In this document: positions 31,529 to 42,142 of the stretch, piece by piece
Layout: the number at the start of each line of letters is the position of its first letter
Numbering within the stretch: position 1 is the stretch's first letter
NCBI GenBank assembly: GCA_031409275.1
Contig: JANNXA010000014.1
Span: forward strand, 96,001 to 160,000
Reading direction: 5' to 3'
Length of the DNA stretch: 64,000 nucleotides
Source: Planctomycetota bacterium
GTDB lineage: Bacteria; Planctomycetota; B15-G4; SIAN01
Notes under the pieces: generated by a model
Told to the model about the DNA's origin: nothing
Seen by the model: the letters and a program-made list of their open reading frames with translations, nothing else
Database searches by the model: none
Made by a program: the position numbers and the translations under genes

Positions 31529-34084
31529 ATGAATCCTCACGTTCGCGAATTCCACGTCGCCCCGCGCATGCCCGACCCGCTCGCGCGGCTCCTCGAGCTG
31601 GCAAAAAACCTCTGGTGGTGCTGGCACCCCGAGGCCGTCGACCTGTTCCAGCGCATCGACTCGGCGGCGTTCGCCCGTTGCGCGAGCAATCCCGTCGGTC
31701 TGCTCGGCGAGATCGATCCACGCCGGCTCGAGCAGCTCTCGGCCGACGCTTCGTTCCGCGCCCACTACGACCACGTGATCGAGGCCTTCGACAAGGACCT
31801 GCGGCGCACCTCGTGGTTCGAGCGCGCCTATCCCGACTTCAAGGGCAAACGCGTCGCCTATTTCTCCGCCGAGTTCGGCATCCACGAGTGCCTGCCGCTC
31901 TACTCGGGCGGTCTGGGCGTGCTGGCGGGCGACCTGCTCAAGTCGGGCAGCGACCTCGGCGTGCCGCTGGTCGGCGTCGGCATCGCCTACCGCTTCGGCT
32001 ACTTCCAGCAGCAGATCAACCACGACGGCTGGCAGACCGAGCACTATCCCGAGAACGACTTCTCGCGCATGCCGATGGACCTGGTCCGCGGCGGCGACGG
32101 GCGCGCCCTGGTGCTGAAGGTGCAGATGGGCGCGCGAGTGGTGCGCGCGCAGGTGTGGAAGGTCAACGTCGGCCGCGTCCCGCTCTACCTGCTCGACACG
32201 AACCTCCCCGAAGCCTCCGAACAGGATCGCCGCATCACGGAACGGCTCTACGGCGGCGACAAGCGCGTACGCCTCGAGCAGGAGATCCTGCTCGGCATCG
32301 GCGGCGTCCACGCGCTGCACGGGCTGGGCATCGACGTCGACGCCTACCACATGAACGAAGGCCACACGACCTTCCTCACGCTCGAACAGACCGCGCGACT
32401 GATGGAGAAGGAGAAGCTGCCGTTCGAGGAGGCGCGCTACCTGGCCGCCGCGGTCAACACCTTCACGACCCACACGCCAGTCCCCGCCGGTCACGACGAG
32501 TACGACCCGGAGTGGATGCGCGAGTACTTCGCGCCCTATGCGATGCGACTCGGGATCCCCGACTCCCAGCTCATCGCGCTCGGCCAACGCGAACCGGGGA
32601 ACGCCAACAAGAGCTTCGTGATGACGATCCTTGGCCTGCGCATGGCCAAGCACAAGAACGGCGTCAGCAAGCTGCACGGCGAGGTCACGCGCGAGATGTG
32701 GCAAGGGCTGTGGCCGATGCTGCAGACCGACGAGTTGCCGATCTCCCACGTGACCAACGGCGTGCACAGCCAGAGCTGGCTGTCCGCGGAGATGCGCCGT
32801 CTCTTCGACCGCTACTTCGAGCCCGACTGGCTGGCGCAATCGACGCGCACCTCGGTCTGGGAGAAGGCGCGCGAGATCCCCGATGCCGAGCTCTGGCGCA
32901 GCCGCTGCCGGCTCCGCCAGCGCCTCGTCAACGAAGTGCGCGCCCGCCTGCTGCGACAGGCGCAGCGCGGCGTCGTCTCGGCGGCGCAGTTGCGCCGCGC
33001 CGAGCGCGCGCTCGACCCCGAGGTGCTGACGGTCGGCTTCTGCCGCCGCTTCGCGACCTACAAGCGCGCCACGCTGCTGTTCCGTGATCTCGACCGCCTG
33101 AAGCGCATCTGCCGCCATTCCGAGCGGCCGATCCAGTTCGTCTTCGCCGGCAAGGCGCATCCGCAGGACGAGCCCGCCAAGAAGTACATCCGCGAGATCG
33201 TGCGGGAGAGCTGGGGCGAGGATCTGCTCGGACGGCTCGTCTTCGTCGAGAACTACGACATCGGCCTCGCGCGGATCCTGGTGCAGGGCGTCGACGTGTG
33301 GCTCAACAACCCGCGCCGACCCTACGAGGCGAGCGGCACTTCGGGCATGAAGGTCGTCCTGAACGGCGGCCTCCACATGTCGATCCTCGACGGCTGGTGG
33401 TGCGAGGGCTGGCGCGGCGACAACGGCTGGGCGATCGGCAACGGCCACGCCGCCGCGGACGAGGAGATGCAGGACCAGCTCGACGCGCTGTCCGCCTACG
33501 ACCTGCTCGAGCACGAAGTCGCGGCGAGCTTCTATTCGCGCGACAAGGATGGCGTGCCGACGCAGTGGTGCCAGTTGATGAAGGCGTCGATCGGCGGATT
33601 GGCGCCGCAGTTCTCGAGCGATCGCATGCTCGAGGAGTACGCCACTCGCTTCTACGCGCAGTCGCTGCGCGTCCAGGGCGAGCTCACGGGCGCGAATCGC
33701 GGCCGACTGCGCGGCCTGAACGATTGGTGGCGCATGGTGAACAGCGAGTGGGACCACGTGCGAATCGTCGACGTCAGCGTCGACACCAGCCCGGTCCACC
33801 CGCTGGGCTCGCGGCTGCCGGTGCAGATCGCCCTCGATTGCGGCCCCATCGACCCGAGCCACGTCGTCGTCGAAGTGGTGCACGGCCCGACCGACGGCGA
33901 TGGCCGCATCGTCGACGCCGTCGTCGCGCCGGCGACCCATGCCGGCCACGCCGATGGATTGCAGCGCTACACCGCCACGATCGCATGCGGCCGCTCGGGA
34001 CGACAGGGACTCGCGGTGCGCGTGCGGCCAGGACGGCCCGGTTCGGAGTGGATCTTCGATCAGACACTGGTTCGTTGGGGTTGA
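31529..34084 (+). CDS. glgP: Alpha-glucan (glycogen) phosphorylase
   Basis: NLWWCW, YFSAEFG, YSGGLGVLAGD, HMNEGH, RRFATYKR, EASGTSGMK. Confidence 0.97.
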   Translation: MNPHVREFHVAPRMPDPLARLLELAKNLWWCWHPEAVDLFQRIDSAAFARCASNPVGLLGEIDPRRLEQLSADASFRAHYDHVIEAFDKDLRRTSWFERAYPDFKGKRVAYFSAEFGIHECLPLYSGGLGVLAGDLLKSGSDLGVPLVGVGIAYRFGYFQQQINHDGWQTEHYPENDFSRMPMDLVRGGDGRALVLKVQMGARVVRAQVWKVNVGRVPLYLLDTNLPEASEQDRRITERLYGGDKRVRLEQEILLGIGGVHALHGLGIDVDAYHMNEGHTTFLTLEQTARLMEKEKLPFEEARYLAAAVNTFTTHTPVPAGHDEYDPEWMREYFAPYAMRLGIPDSQLIALGQREPGNANKSFVMTILGLRMAKHKNGVSKLHGEVTREMWQGLWPMLQTDELPISHVTNGVHSQSWLSAEMRRLFDRYFEPDWLAQSTRTSVWEKAREIPDAELWRSRCRLRQRLVNEVRARLLRQAQRGVVSAAQLRRAERALDPEVLTVGFCRRFATYKRATLLFRDLDRLKRICRHSERPIQFVFAGKAHPQDEPAKKYIREIVRESWGEDLLGRLVFVENYDIGLARILVQGVDVWLNNPRRPYEASGTSGMKVVLNGGLHMSILDGWWCEGWRGDNGWAIGNGHAAADEEMQDQLDALSAYDLLEHEVAASFYSRDKDGVPTQWCQLMKASIGGLAPQFSSDRMLEEYATRFYAQSLRVQGELTGANRGRLRGLNDWWRMVNSEWDHVRIVDVSVDTSPVHPLGSRLPVQIALDCGPIDPSHVVVEVVHGPTDGDGRIVDAVVAPATHAGHADGLQRYTATIACGRSGRQGLAVRVRPGRPGSEWIFDQTLVRWG

Positions 34085-34173
34085 TCGCCGACCGCACTTT
34101 GGCGGCGAACGCTGCTTTGACGATGATCGCGGTCTCGCGCACGGCACACCCGCGCGCGCAAGAGGAGAGCCTG

Positions 34174-34476
34174 ATGCCGAAGAGTCTCGCGCGCGTTGCC
34201 GCGGCAGTGGCGCTGTGCGCCGCGCTGCCCAGCTGCTTCACCTTCACCCACACGGTGGGTCGCGGGCCGCAAAGCCCGACCCCGGTCGTCACCACGCAGA
34301 CGCAATGGTTCGCGTTGTGGGGCCTCGTGCCGCTCGACCCGGTCGACTCGGCGGCGCTTGCCGGCCCGGTGCGCGACTACAAGGTCACCACCAAGTTCAC
34401 GCTCGTCGACGTCGTGATCACTGCGTTCTCGAGCTTCGTCACGCTCTATCGCCAGACGGTCATCCTCGAGAAGTGA
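34174..34476 (+). CDS. Bor/Iss-like small lipoprotein
   Basis: GAGGAG RBS; LPSC lipobox-like; WFALWGLVP; T..DV.I. Confidence 0.7.
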   Translation: MPKSLARVAAAVALCAALPSCFTFTHTVGRGPQSPTPVVTTQTQWFALWGLVPLDPVDSAALAGPVRDYKVTTKFTLVDVVITAFSSFVTLYRQTVILEK

Positions 34477-34478
34477 AC

Positions 34479-37400
34479 ATGCGCCGCCACCCACTCGTCG
34501 TCGCCCTCCTCCTGCTCGCCACGCTGCCGCTCGCGAGCGGCTGCTGGCCGATCGCGCCGATCGCCGCTCTTGCGGCGGCCGGGGGCGGCGGCGGTGGCAG
34601 TGACGCGGCGAGCGCCGCGGCGCTCACCGGCACCGTCATCACCGACGCGACGGTCTTCGGATCGAGCCTCGCTCTCGACCGCGAGCCCAACAACTCGGTC
34701 GGTCGCGCCACGCCGCTGCCCTCGTTGACGGATGGCTCCACGGCACAGGGCGAGGGGACGACGGCGCTGGCGCTCCATTTCCAGGCGCTGCTCGACGAAG
34801 GTGGCAGCGCGCACCTGATGGCCCGCGAAGCGCTCGACGATGGCGAGCGCCGCCATGAGATCGGCGGCGACCCCGCGACGACCCACGTGGCGCGCCTCGA
34901 TCGCGAACTGCTGCTGGTACGCGCGCAGCCCGACGGCCACGCGCGCGTCGACGTCACTCCGCTGGTGAGCGGCTACGTGAAGCGGCGTTTCGAACTGGCG
35001 CTGCCGGTGGTCCCTGCCGGCGCGAGCGCCCTCCTCGACGCGCTCTTCGTGCTCGACAGCAGCGGCCCGACGACGCGACTGATCGCCTTCGATGCGCAGG
35101 ACGGCTCCGCGCTGGCGCTGCGCGACCTCGGTCGCGGCAGCCTGCGCCAGCTCGCCGGTGCGCGCGATCTGGCGCAGGACCGCGAACGGCTCTTCACCAG
35201 CGATCCGGTCGCCGGCACCCTCTTCGAGGTCGAGCTCAACGGCCAGGGCAGCGCGCGTCAGCTCGGCGATCTGCGCCAGCTGCCGATCGTCGCCAACGGC
35301 TCGATCGCGGCGCTCGGCTACGACGGGATCTTCCTGCACGTGTTGCGCGCCGACGGCGTGCTGACCTCCTACGACTCGCACTTCTCGATCGCCGGCCAGC
35401 GCGACTTCTGCCCCGCCGGCGCGACCGTCCGCTCGCTGGTTGCGACGCTTGATCTCGGCATCGACAGCTGGCATGTCGAGGTACCGGCCGGCACGACGAT
35501 GCGACTCTCCTTCGCCGCGAACTCCGTCGCCGAGCATCGGTCGCACCATTTCTTCGGCGTGCGCACGCGCGCGGCGATCGAGGAGGCTGGCGCCATCGCG
35601 CCCGACCAGTTCGAGCGCTTCATCGCGGACGGAAACGCGGTCGAATTCGATCTGACCGGCGGCGTGGCGCCCACCGGCTACGACCTCTACGTCGGAACTC
35701 TCGCAGGCGCCGCTCGCTACCGACTGGCGCTGAATCGCGCGGCGCGAACGCCCGCTGCACCGGCCCCCACCTCCGCCGCGCCCGATGCGACCCTCGCCGC
35801 CAACCTCGTCGATGCGATCGCGGCGCTGACCCCGGCCACGCTCGACGAGCAGGCCGCCGATCCGTTGCTTCCGGAGTTCGTGCCGGGACGGCTCCTCCTC
35901 GGTCGCCGCGAGGGTGCCGCCGCGCTGGCGCTGCCGCCGTCGCCGCGCGGCCTGTCGCTCGCTGCCGAATCGAGCAGCCCGTCGGGCTTCGACCTCGTGC
36001 GAGTGACGCCGAATGGGCAGTGGCGCGGACCGGCCGCGCGCACGCTGAACGGGGCAGAGAGCCGTCGCGCCCGTCGCCGCGAACAGTCGCGCCAGCTGCT
36101 GGTCGCGACCAACGCGTTGGCGGGTGCGCGCGACGTCGCGTGGAGCGAGCCCGACTTCGTGGCGCGCGCGCTCGCGACGCCCAACGACCCGGGCTACTCC
36201 TCGCTGCAGGATTGGCACTACGACCTGTTGAACCTGCCGGCGGCGTGGGACATCACCACCGGCTCCTCGTCGGTCGTCATGGCCATCGTCGACACCGGCG
36301 CGCGCACCGACAACGTCGATTTCTTCGCCAACATGGGCAGCGATGGCTTCGACTTCGTCAGCGGCTCGAACAGCGGCGACGGTGACGGACGCGACACCGA
36401 TCCCTTCGATCAGGGAACCTTCAACGGCAACAGCCACCACGGCAGCCACTCTGGCGGCACCATGGGCGCGCGCGGCAACAACGGCACGCAGGGCACCGGA
36501 ATCTGCTGGGACGCCGATCTGATGCCGCTGCGCGCGCTTGGCACCGACGGCAACGGCAGCCTGAGCGACATCGCCGAGGCGATCCGCTACGCCGCCCGTC
36601 TCAGCAACGCATCCGGCGTGCTGCCGTCGCAACGGGCTGCGGTCATCAACCTGAGCCTAGGCACCAGTTCCGCTTCGAACACGATGCGCAATGCCATCGA
36701 TGCCGCCATCAACGCGGGAGTCGTCGTCTGCGCCGCCGCCGGCAACGACGGCAACGGAGAAGCGGTCCTCTTCCCGGCCGCGTTCAGCGAGGTGATCGCG
36801 GTCGCCGCCGTCGACTTCGACGGCGACCTCGCCTACTACTCGAACACGGGACCCGAGATCGACATCGCCTGCTCGGGCGGCTCGAACGTGCTCGGCCAGT
36901 CGAGCAAGGACATCTGGTCGACGGTCGGCGTCGGCGTGAACGGCTCGCTGCAGAATCTCGCCGGGACGTCGATGGCGTGCGCGCACGCTTCCGGAATCGT
37001 CGGGCTGATCGTCTCGCAACTTCCGACGCTGAACCAGACCGAGGCGACCGAACTGCTGACGTCGACGGCCGTCGACCTCGGCGCCATCGGCTTCGACGAC
37101 GGCTTCGGCCATGGCCTGGTCGACGCGGCGGCCGCCGTGAACGACGCGACCGCGGTGCTGTCGCTGCCGACCGACGAAGTGGACTTCGGCAACACCGGCA
37201 CGCGGCTCCTGGTCCAGGCCAGGAACCTCGGCGGCGGCAGGTTGATCCTCGACTCGATCACGCCGAGCAGCGTCCAGACGCCCTCGGGCGTCAGCGCCAC
37301 CACCGGCTGGCTCGCCATCGAACCGCTCGCGGACGGCGTCACCCTGCAGCTCACCGCCGATCGCACCGGACTCGCTGCCGGCGACTACCAGATCAACCTC

Positions 37401-37736
37401 GACATCGACAGCAACGGCGGCGATGACGACGTGCTCGTCGACCTGACCGCGGGCGGCAGCGGCGTCGCGGACGTCGGCGACGTCGTGATCGACCTCGTCG
37501 CCAGCGACGGCGTGACCCTCGTGAAGCGGCGCACCGCGAAGATCGGTTCCGGCTACGCCTTCACGCTGGCGGGCGTCGCGCGCGGCAGCTACTTCGTGCG
37601 TTGCGGCGTCGACCTCGATGGCGACGGCGTCATCGGCGAGTTCGGCGAACCGTTCGGGGCCTACCCCAACGTCGCCGACGAAGCGTTGCTCGAAGTCGGC
37701 GGCAGCAGCCTCGGACTCGACCTCGTCCTCGAGTGA
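34479..37736 (+). CDS. Large S8 subtilisin-like protease, probable lipoprotein with accessory beta domains
   Basis: ASGC after a hydrophobic signal; IVDTG, HGSHSGG, AAGND, GTSMA. Confidence 0.92.
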   Translation: MRRHPLVVALLLLATLPLASGCWPIAPIAALAAAGGGGGGSDAASAAALTGTVITDATVFGSSLALDREPNNSVGRATPLPSLTDGSTAQGEGTTALALHFQALLDEGGSAHLMAREALDDGERRHEIGGDPATTHVARLDRELLLVRAQPDGHARVDVTPLVSGYVKRRFELALPVVPAGASALLDALFVLDSSGPTTRLIAFDAQDGSALALRDLGRGSLRQLAGARDLAQDRERLFTSDPVAGTLFEVELNGQGSARQLGDLRQLPIVANGSIAALGYDGIFLHVLRADGVLTSYDSHFSIAGQRDFCPAGATVRSLVATLDLGIDSWHVEVPAGTTMRLSFAANSVAEHRSHHFFGVRTRAAIEEAGAIAPDQFERFIADGNAVEFDLTGGVAPTGYDLYVGTLAGAARYRLALNRAARTPAAPAPTSAAPDATLAANLVDAIAALTPATLDEQAADPLLPEFVPGRLLLGRREGAAALALPPSPRGLSLAAESSSPSGFDLVRVTPNGQWRGPAARTLNGAESRRARRREQSRQLLVATNALAGARDVAWSEPDFVARALATPNDPGYSSLQDWHYDLLNLPAAWDITTGSSSVVMAIVDTGARTDNVDFFANMGSDGFDFVSGSNSGDGDGRDTDPFDQGTFNGNSHHGSHSGGTMGARGNNGTQGTGICWDADLMPLRALGTDGNGSLSDIAEAIRYAARLSNASGVLPSQRAAVINLSLGTSSASNTMRNAIDAAINAGVVVCAAAGNDGNGEAVLFPAAFSEVIAVAAVDFDGDLAYYSNTGPEIDIACSGGSNVLGQSSKDIWSTVGVGVNGSLQNLAGTSMACAHASGIVGLIVSQLPTLNQTEATELLTSTAVDLGAIGFDDGFGHGLVDAAAAVNDATAVLSLPTDEVDFGNTGTRLLVQARNLGGGRLILDSITPSSVQTPSGVSATTGWLAIEPLADGVTLQLTADRTGLAAGDYQINLDIDSNGGDDDVLVDLTAGGSGVADVGDVVIDLVASDGVTLVKRRTAKIGSGYAFTLAGVARGSYFVRCGVDLDGDGVIGEFGEPFGAYPNVADEALLEVGGSSLGLDLVLE

Positions 37737-37825
37737 CGACGCAGCGTCCGCGGCCGGCGAGGCAACTTCCGGCCGGACGCGGCGCGCGAGGAGTGCAACT
37801 CGAGCCTCGAAGTGAGCGGCGTCCG

Positions 37826-39199
37826 CTACGGCGCGATGCCGTCGCGCGCAAGGTCCGCACGAGTCGCGAGGTCGGCGCGCGTGCCGGGCGGCTGCGAGTA
37901 CCAACCGCCGGCACCGCCGTCGGCGGCGAGTTCGTCGCGCACCTGCAGGACCGTGAACATGCCGCCCATCGTGATGTAACCGTGCGGGCCGACGCCGCCG
38001 ATCATCGGCAGGCTGTTGCGCGGAATGGTCGGATCGTGGTCGTCAGCGGCCGGCGTCTCGATCGCTGGAGCGCCCGCCGCCGCGCCGCCGCCCATGCCAC
38101 CCATGCCGCCGCCCATTCCGCCACCCTCGCCCATGTCGCTCCCGACCTGCTCGAAGGCTGGCACATGTCGCGACAGGGCGTCGTCAAAGCGCCCCAGATC
38201 GCTGCCGATGAGGATCGGCAGGCCGTGGCCCATCTGCGTCATCACGTGATGGGTCATGTGGCAGTGCAGCGGCCAGTCGCCGGGGTTGTCGGCAACGAAC
38301 TCGACCACCCGGACGGCTCCCACCGGCACCAGCACCGACGTCTCGGGGTAGCGCGCCGACTTCGGCACCTCACCACCATCGGTCGCCACCACCGTCACGA
38401 CGTGGCCGTGCAGATGGATCGGGTGGTGGTGCATCGCGCTCAGGTTGCCGATACGGATGCGAACCCGTTCGCCGCGCCGCACTGCCAACGGCGCCGTGCC
38501 CGGGTAGATCCGCGCGTTCAGCGTCAGCACGTTGAAGTCGACCATCTCGTTGGGATCGGGTCGGCGCGTGCCAGGCGCGATCTTCCATTCGCTCAGCAGG
38601 TAGACGAAGTCGCGATCGGGCGGCGGCTCGGTTGGCTGGCGCGGATGGACGATGAGCATCCCCATCAGCCCCATCGCCATCTGGGTCATCTCGTCGTGAT
38701 GGGAGTGGTACATGAACGAGCCGGCATCAGTGAAGGTGAACTCGTACTTGAACGTCTCGCCCGACTCGATCGGCCGCTGCGTCAGGCCGCCAACGCCATC
38801 CATGCCGTTGGGAACGCGCACGCCATGCCAGTGGACCGACGTCGCCACGTCGAGGCGATTGGTGACGTAGATGCGAACGCGATCGCCTTCCACCGCCTCG
38901 ATCGTCGGCCCGTGCACGCGGCCATTGAAGCCGTAGCACTCGGCGACGAGGCCCGGCGCAAATTCGTGCGTGACGGACTGCGCGATCAGGTGGAAGACCT
39001 TGACGCCGTCGACCTCGCGAAATGGCAGGGTGGCGCCATCGGGCGTCACGGTCGGCCGATATCCGCCGAGCATCGGGGCCGGCGCCGGCGCCGGATCACG
39101 CGGCAGCAACGACCCGGCGCGCGCGCGCGCACTGAACGCCGCGAACGCCGCCATGGCGCCGGTCGAGTTCCACAGGAAGCGGCGACGATCGTCGCGCAT
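37826..39199 (-). CDS. Tat-exported multicopper oxidase (two-domain type)
   Basis: RRRFL; HWHG, YHSH, HPIHLHGH, HCHMTHH; Met/Gly-rich insert. Confidence 0.93.
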   Translation of the reverse strand: MRDDRRRFLWNSTGAMAAFAAFSARARAGSLLPRDPAPAPAPMLGGYRPTVTPDGATLPFREVDGVKVFHLIAQSVTHEFAPGLVAECYGFNGRVHGPTIEAVEGDRVRIYVTNRLDVATSVHWHGVRVPNGMDGVGGLTQRPIESGETFKYEFTFTDAGSFMYHSHHDEMTQMAMGLMGMLIVHPRQPTEPPPDRDFVYLLSEWKIAPGTRRPDPNEMVDFNVLTLNARIYPGTAPLAVRRGERVRIRIGNLSAMHHHPIHLHGHVVTVVATDGGEVPKSARYPETSVLVPVGAVRVVEFVADNPGDWPLHCHMTHHVMTQMGHGLPILIGSDLGRFDDALSRHVPAFEQVGSDMGEGGGMGGGMGGMGGGAAAGAPAIETPAADDHDPTIPRNSLPMIGGVGPHGYITMGGMFTVLQVRDELAADGGAGGWYSQPPGTRADLATRADLARDGIAP

Positions 39200-39201
39200 G
39201 G

Positions 39202-40602
39202 TCAACGCTCCTCGCCGCTCAGGTGCGGTCGGCTGCCTGCCAACAGTTCTTCGAGGTCGAGCTCGGCGACCCGCGCGGCGAGCGCAAGCTCGGAGGCGCG
39301 CTCCTCGGCCGCGAGTTCGCCGCCACGCGCGCTGAGCACGTCGAACGCGCCGATCTGCATCGCGTTGTATTGCTGGACCGTCTCGCGCACGAAGCGCGCG
39401 TGCAGCGGCGCCTCTTCCAACAGCGCTGCGGCAGCGCGATCGGCGAGACTCTGCGCCGCCACGGCCGCGACACGCGCCCGCGACGCCACGTCGAGCTGTA
39501 GCTCGCGCGCCGTGAGCTGCTCCGCACGCAGTTGCGCGCCGCCCGCGAAACGCGCCACGCCGCCGGCGTCGAAGAGCGGCAGCGCCAATGCCAGCGACGG
39601 TCCGATGCCCCAATCGTCGCTCGTCTCGTGCTTCGCAACCAGCCCGACGTCGGCCGGGCCAAGCCACGCCGCGCGTGCCTCGACGCCGATGCGTTCCGCC
39701 GCCGCGACGATGCGCGCGCGCTGGACCTGCAACGCGAGGCTTCTCTCCACGGCCCGGAGCGCCGCGACGCTCGGAGTCGGCAGCGAGGCGCGGCGCGGCG
39801 GTGGCCACTCCCCCGTCGCTTGCCACTCGCCCACCGCCCCATCGAGAGCCAGCGCCCGCTGAAGCTCCTCCTGCGCCGAGAACTGCTCCTGCGCTGCGTG
39901 CAACGCTTCATCGCGAGCGCGCGCCGCTTCGATCGCGCCGATCGTGCGATGCGGATCGACCACGCTGCCCGCCGCATGCAGCGTCTCCATCAAGTCGGCG
40001 CTCGCCATCGCCGCCGCGCTCGCGAGTCGGGCGCGCGCCAGCCGCTGCTGCGACGCCAGCGCGTTTGCGTGAGCACGCCGCACCGCGAAGAGGTGATGCA
40101 CCAACGCCTCGGTGACCTGCGCCTCGGTCGCGGCGCGCTCCGCCTCGGCGAGACGGCGATGCAGCGGCGCGAAGAGCAGCTCAAGGAACGGCTGCGCCAA
40201 GGAGAGCTCGATCTCATCGGGACCGGAGAAGAGCTTCCAGTTGGCGGCCAGCACCGGATTGCGCGGCAGCACCGCGCGGCGCAACTCCGCGCGCGCGACG
40301 CCAAGCCGCTCGACCTGCGCGGCGAGCCCGGGATGGAGCAGCAGCGCCAGTTCGACCGCTTCCGCCTCGGTGACGCCATCGGCCAGACGCGTCGCGATCG
40401 CCTGCGCGAGTTCGGCGGCCGCGGGCTCGTCCTCGGAGGCTTGCGCCGTGGCGCGCGGTCGTGCGTCCGCGACTCCGGCGCGCTCCGCAACTGCTGCGAC
40501 GACAGCGTCGCGATCCTCCGCGAACTGCTCGTCGAGCGAGCGGCATCCCGCCGCCAACAGCAGCAGCAGCAGCGGCGGCGTCCACCGCGACCGCCACTGC
40601 AT
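39202..40602 (-). CDS. TolC-family outer-membrane lipoprotein (copper-resistance type)
   Basis: AAGC lipobox; AVELAL...P, LP.NP, LPLFD.G, YNAMQIG.FDVL. Confidence 0.88.
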   Translation of the reverse strand: MQWRSRWTPPLLLLLLAAGCRSLDEQFAEDRDAVVAAVAERAGVADARPRATAQASEDEPAAAELAQAIATRLADGVTEAEAVELALLLHPGLAAQVERLGVARAELRRAVLPRNPVLAANWKLFSGPDEIELSLAQPFLELLFAPLHRRLAEAERAATEAQVTEALVHHLFAVRRAHANALASQQRLARARLASAAAMASADLMETLHAAGSVVDPHRTIGAIEAARARDEALHAAQEQFSAQEELQRALALDGAVGEWQATGEWPPPRRASLPTPSVAALRAVERSLALQVQRARIVAAAERIGVEARAAWLGPADVGLVAKHETSDDWGIGPSLALALPLFDAGGVARFAGGAQLRAEQLTARELQLDVASRARVAAVAAQSLADRAAAALLEEAPLHARFVRETVQQYNAMQIGAFDVLSARGGELAAEERASELALAARVAELDLEELLAGSRPHLSGEER

Positions 40603-41264
40603 CACTGTTTGCGGCCCGCGACGGCGCGCGCGTCCGCCAGCGCCTTGTCGAGCGCGCTCTTTGGATCCTTCTTCACGCCGTCCACGCATTCCGCCGAGCT
40701 GAGCCGCACGATCTGGCCCGCGACGACGCAGAAGGTGTTCGCGCTGACCGGCTTGCCGGTGATCGGGCAATTCGCGTTCGCCACATCGACCAGCTCCGGC
40801 TGGATCGCCTTGGCCAGCACCACCTGCGAGTCGGCGCGCGCCGCGGCCACGCACTCCGCTGAATGGAGGCGCAGTTCGTAGCCCTGCAACTGCAGCAGCG
40901 TCGGCTCACCCTCGATCTTCTTCCCCGTCACCGGGCAGAGCGCGTTCTCGAGCTTCGTCACCGTGGGGTAGGAGTGCTTCCACGCCGTCGCCTCGTCCTG
41001 CGCGATCTTCTTGTTGCAGCCCTTGCAGCAGATCCAGATGCGGCCGTAGGCCGTGTCGGTGAAGAGCTTCGAGGAGGCGGGCTTGCCCATGATCGGGCAG
41101 CTCTTGTTGGGGAACGCCGGGACCGTCACTTCGAGCGCCGGGCTGACCACGGGCGTCGCGGGACTCTCCTGCAGCGACGCGCTGCGCGCGGTCGGCGCCA
41201 TCGGGGCGATCACGGTGGTCAACAGCAGTTCCGCCAGGCTCGACGGCAGAACTCGCATCCACAT
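40602..41264 (-). CDS. Exported protein with three YHS/TRASH-like metal-binding repeats
   Basis: NKSCPIMGKP..CCKGC, NALCPVTGK, NANCPITGKP; GAGGAG RBS. Confidence 0.8.
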   Translation of the reverse strand: MWMRVLPSSLAELLLTTVIAPMAPTARSASLQESPATPVVSPALEVTVPAFPNKSCPIMGKPASSKLFTDTAYGRIWICCKGCNKKIAQDEATAWKHSYPTVTKLENALCPVTGKKIEGEPTLLQLQGYELRLHSAECVAAARADSQVVLAKAIQPELVDVANANCPITGKPVSANTFCVVAGQIVRLSSAECVDGVKKDPKSALDKALADARAVAGRKQ

Positions 41265-41406
41265 GGGGATCTCCTCGCGGCGAAGCGGAACAGGAAGCGC
41301 CAGCATCTCTACGCGGCGCGCCACCCGGGGTTGGTAGTTTGCGCGCGCTGCGCTCGATTGCAACGAGCGCCTTCCCGGCCGACTCCCGCATCGAGAGCGC
41401 TGCGTC

Positions 41407-42063
41407 TTGAATTCCGATCTCCCCTATCGCAAGCACTACGGCGACGCGCAGGCACTCCATTACGCTCACGCCAAGCAGGCTGCCGTGGCGACCCACCAGG
41501 GGGAGGCGGCGCTGGTCGAGCGCGCCCTCCGAAAGGTGCCGCGGACCGAGTCGCTGCTTGACCTGCCGTGCGGCGCGGCGCGGATGACCGCCGTGCTCGC
41601 GCAGCTCGGCTTCACCCACCTGGCGGCGGCCGATGTCTCGCCGGCGATGGTCGAGCTGGCGCGCGCGCGCCTCGCCGATGACGGCATCGATGCCCCTGTC
41701 TCGCTGGCCGATGCCGAGCACCTGCCGTTCGCCGACAGCGCGTTCGACAACGTCTTCTGCTTTCGCCTGTTCCACCACTTCCCAAGCGACGACCTGCGTA
41801 CCACCGTCGTACGCGAGCTCGCGCGCGTGGCGCGGCGGCGCGTCTTCTTGAGCTACCTCGACACGCGCAGCTTCACGTCGCGCAAGCGGGCGTTCGAGCG
41901 GCTGTTCCGTCCGCGCCCGCCCTCCAAGTTCACGCAGACGCCACGCGAGTTCGCGGCGCTGCTGATGCGCGGCGGCCTGCGCGTCGTCGCCGACCACGCG
42001 CGCTTCCCGTGGTGGCACTCGCTGCGCCTCGTCGTCGCCGAACCGGTGGCGCGCCACCCTTGA
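41407..42063 (+). CDS. Class I SAM-dependent methyltransferase
   Basis: [33 protein letters not shown]. Confidence 0.88.
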   Translation: MNSDLPYRKHYGDAQALHYAHAKQAAVATHQGEAALVERALRKVPRTESLLDLPCGAARMTAVLAQLGFTHLAAADVSPAMVELARARLADDGIDAPVSLADAEHLPFADSAFDNVFCFRLFHHFPSDDLRTTVVRELARVARRRVFLSYLDTRSFTSRKRAFERLFRPRPPSKFTQTPREFAALLMRGGLRVVADHARFPWWHSLRLVVAEPVARHP

Positions 42064-42142
42064 TCGGAAGCGGGGGCGGACTGCTAGCCTCCCCGCCTCG
42101 ATCCGGCCGCGCCATCGGCGTGCCACCACCCGGAGATCGCGC

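Noticed and set aside
31418..34147. N-terminal ~900 aa of the 1133-aa ORF 30746..34147
   Set aside because: Shadow of glgP; only the last 223 aa form a recognisable hydrolase
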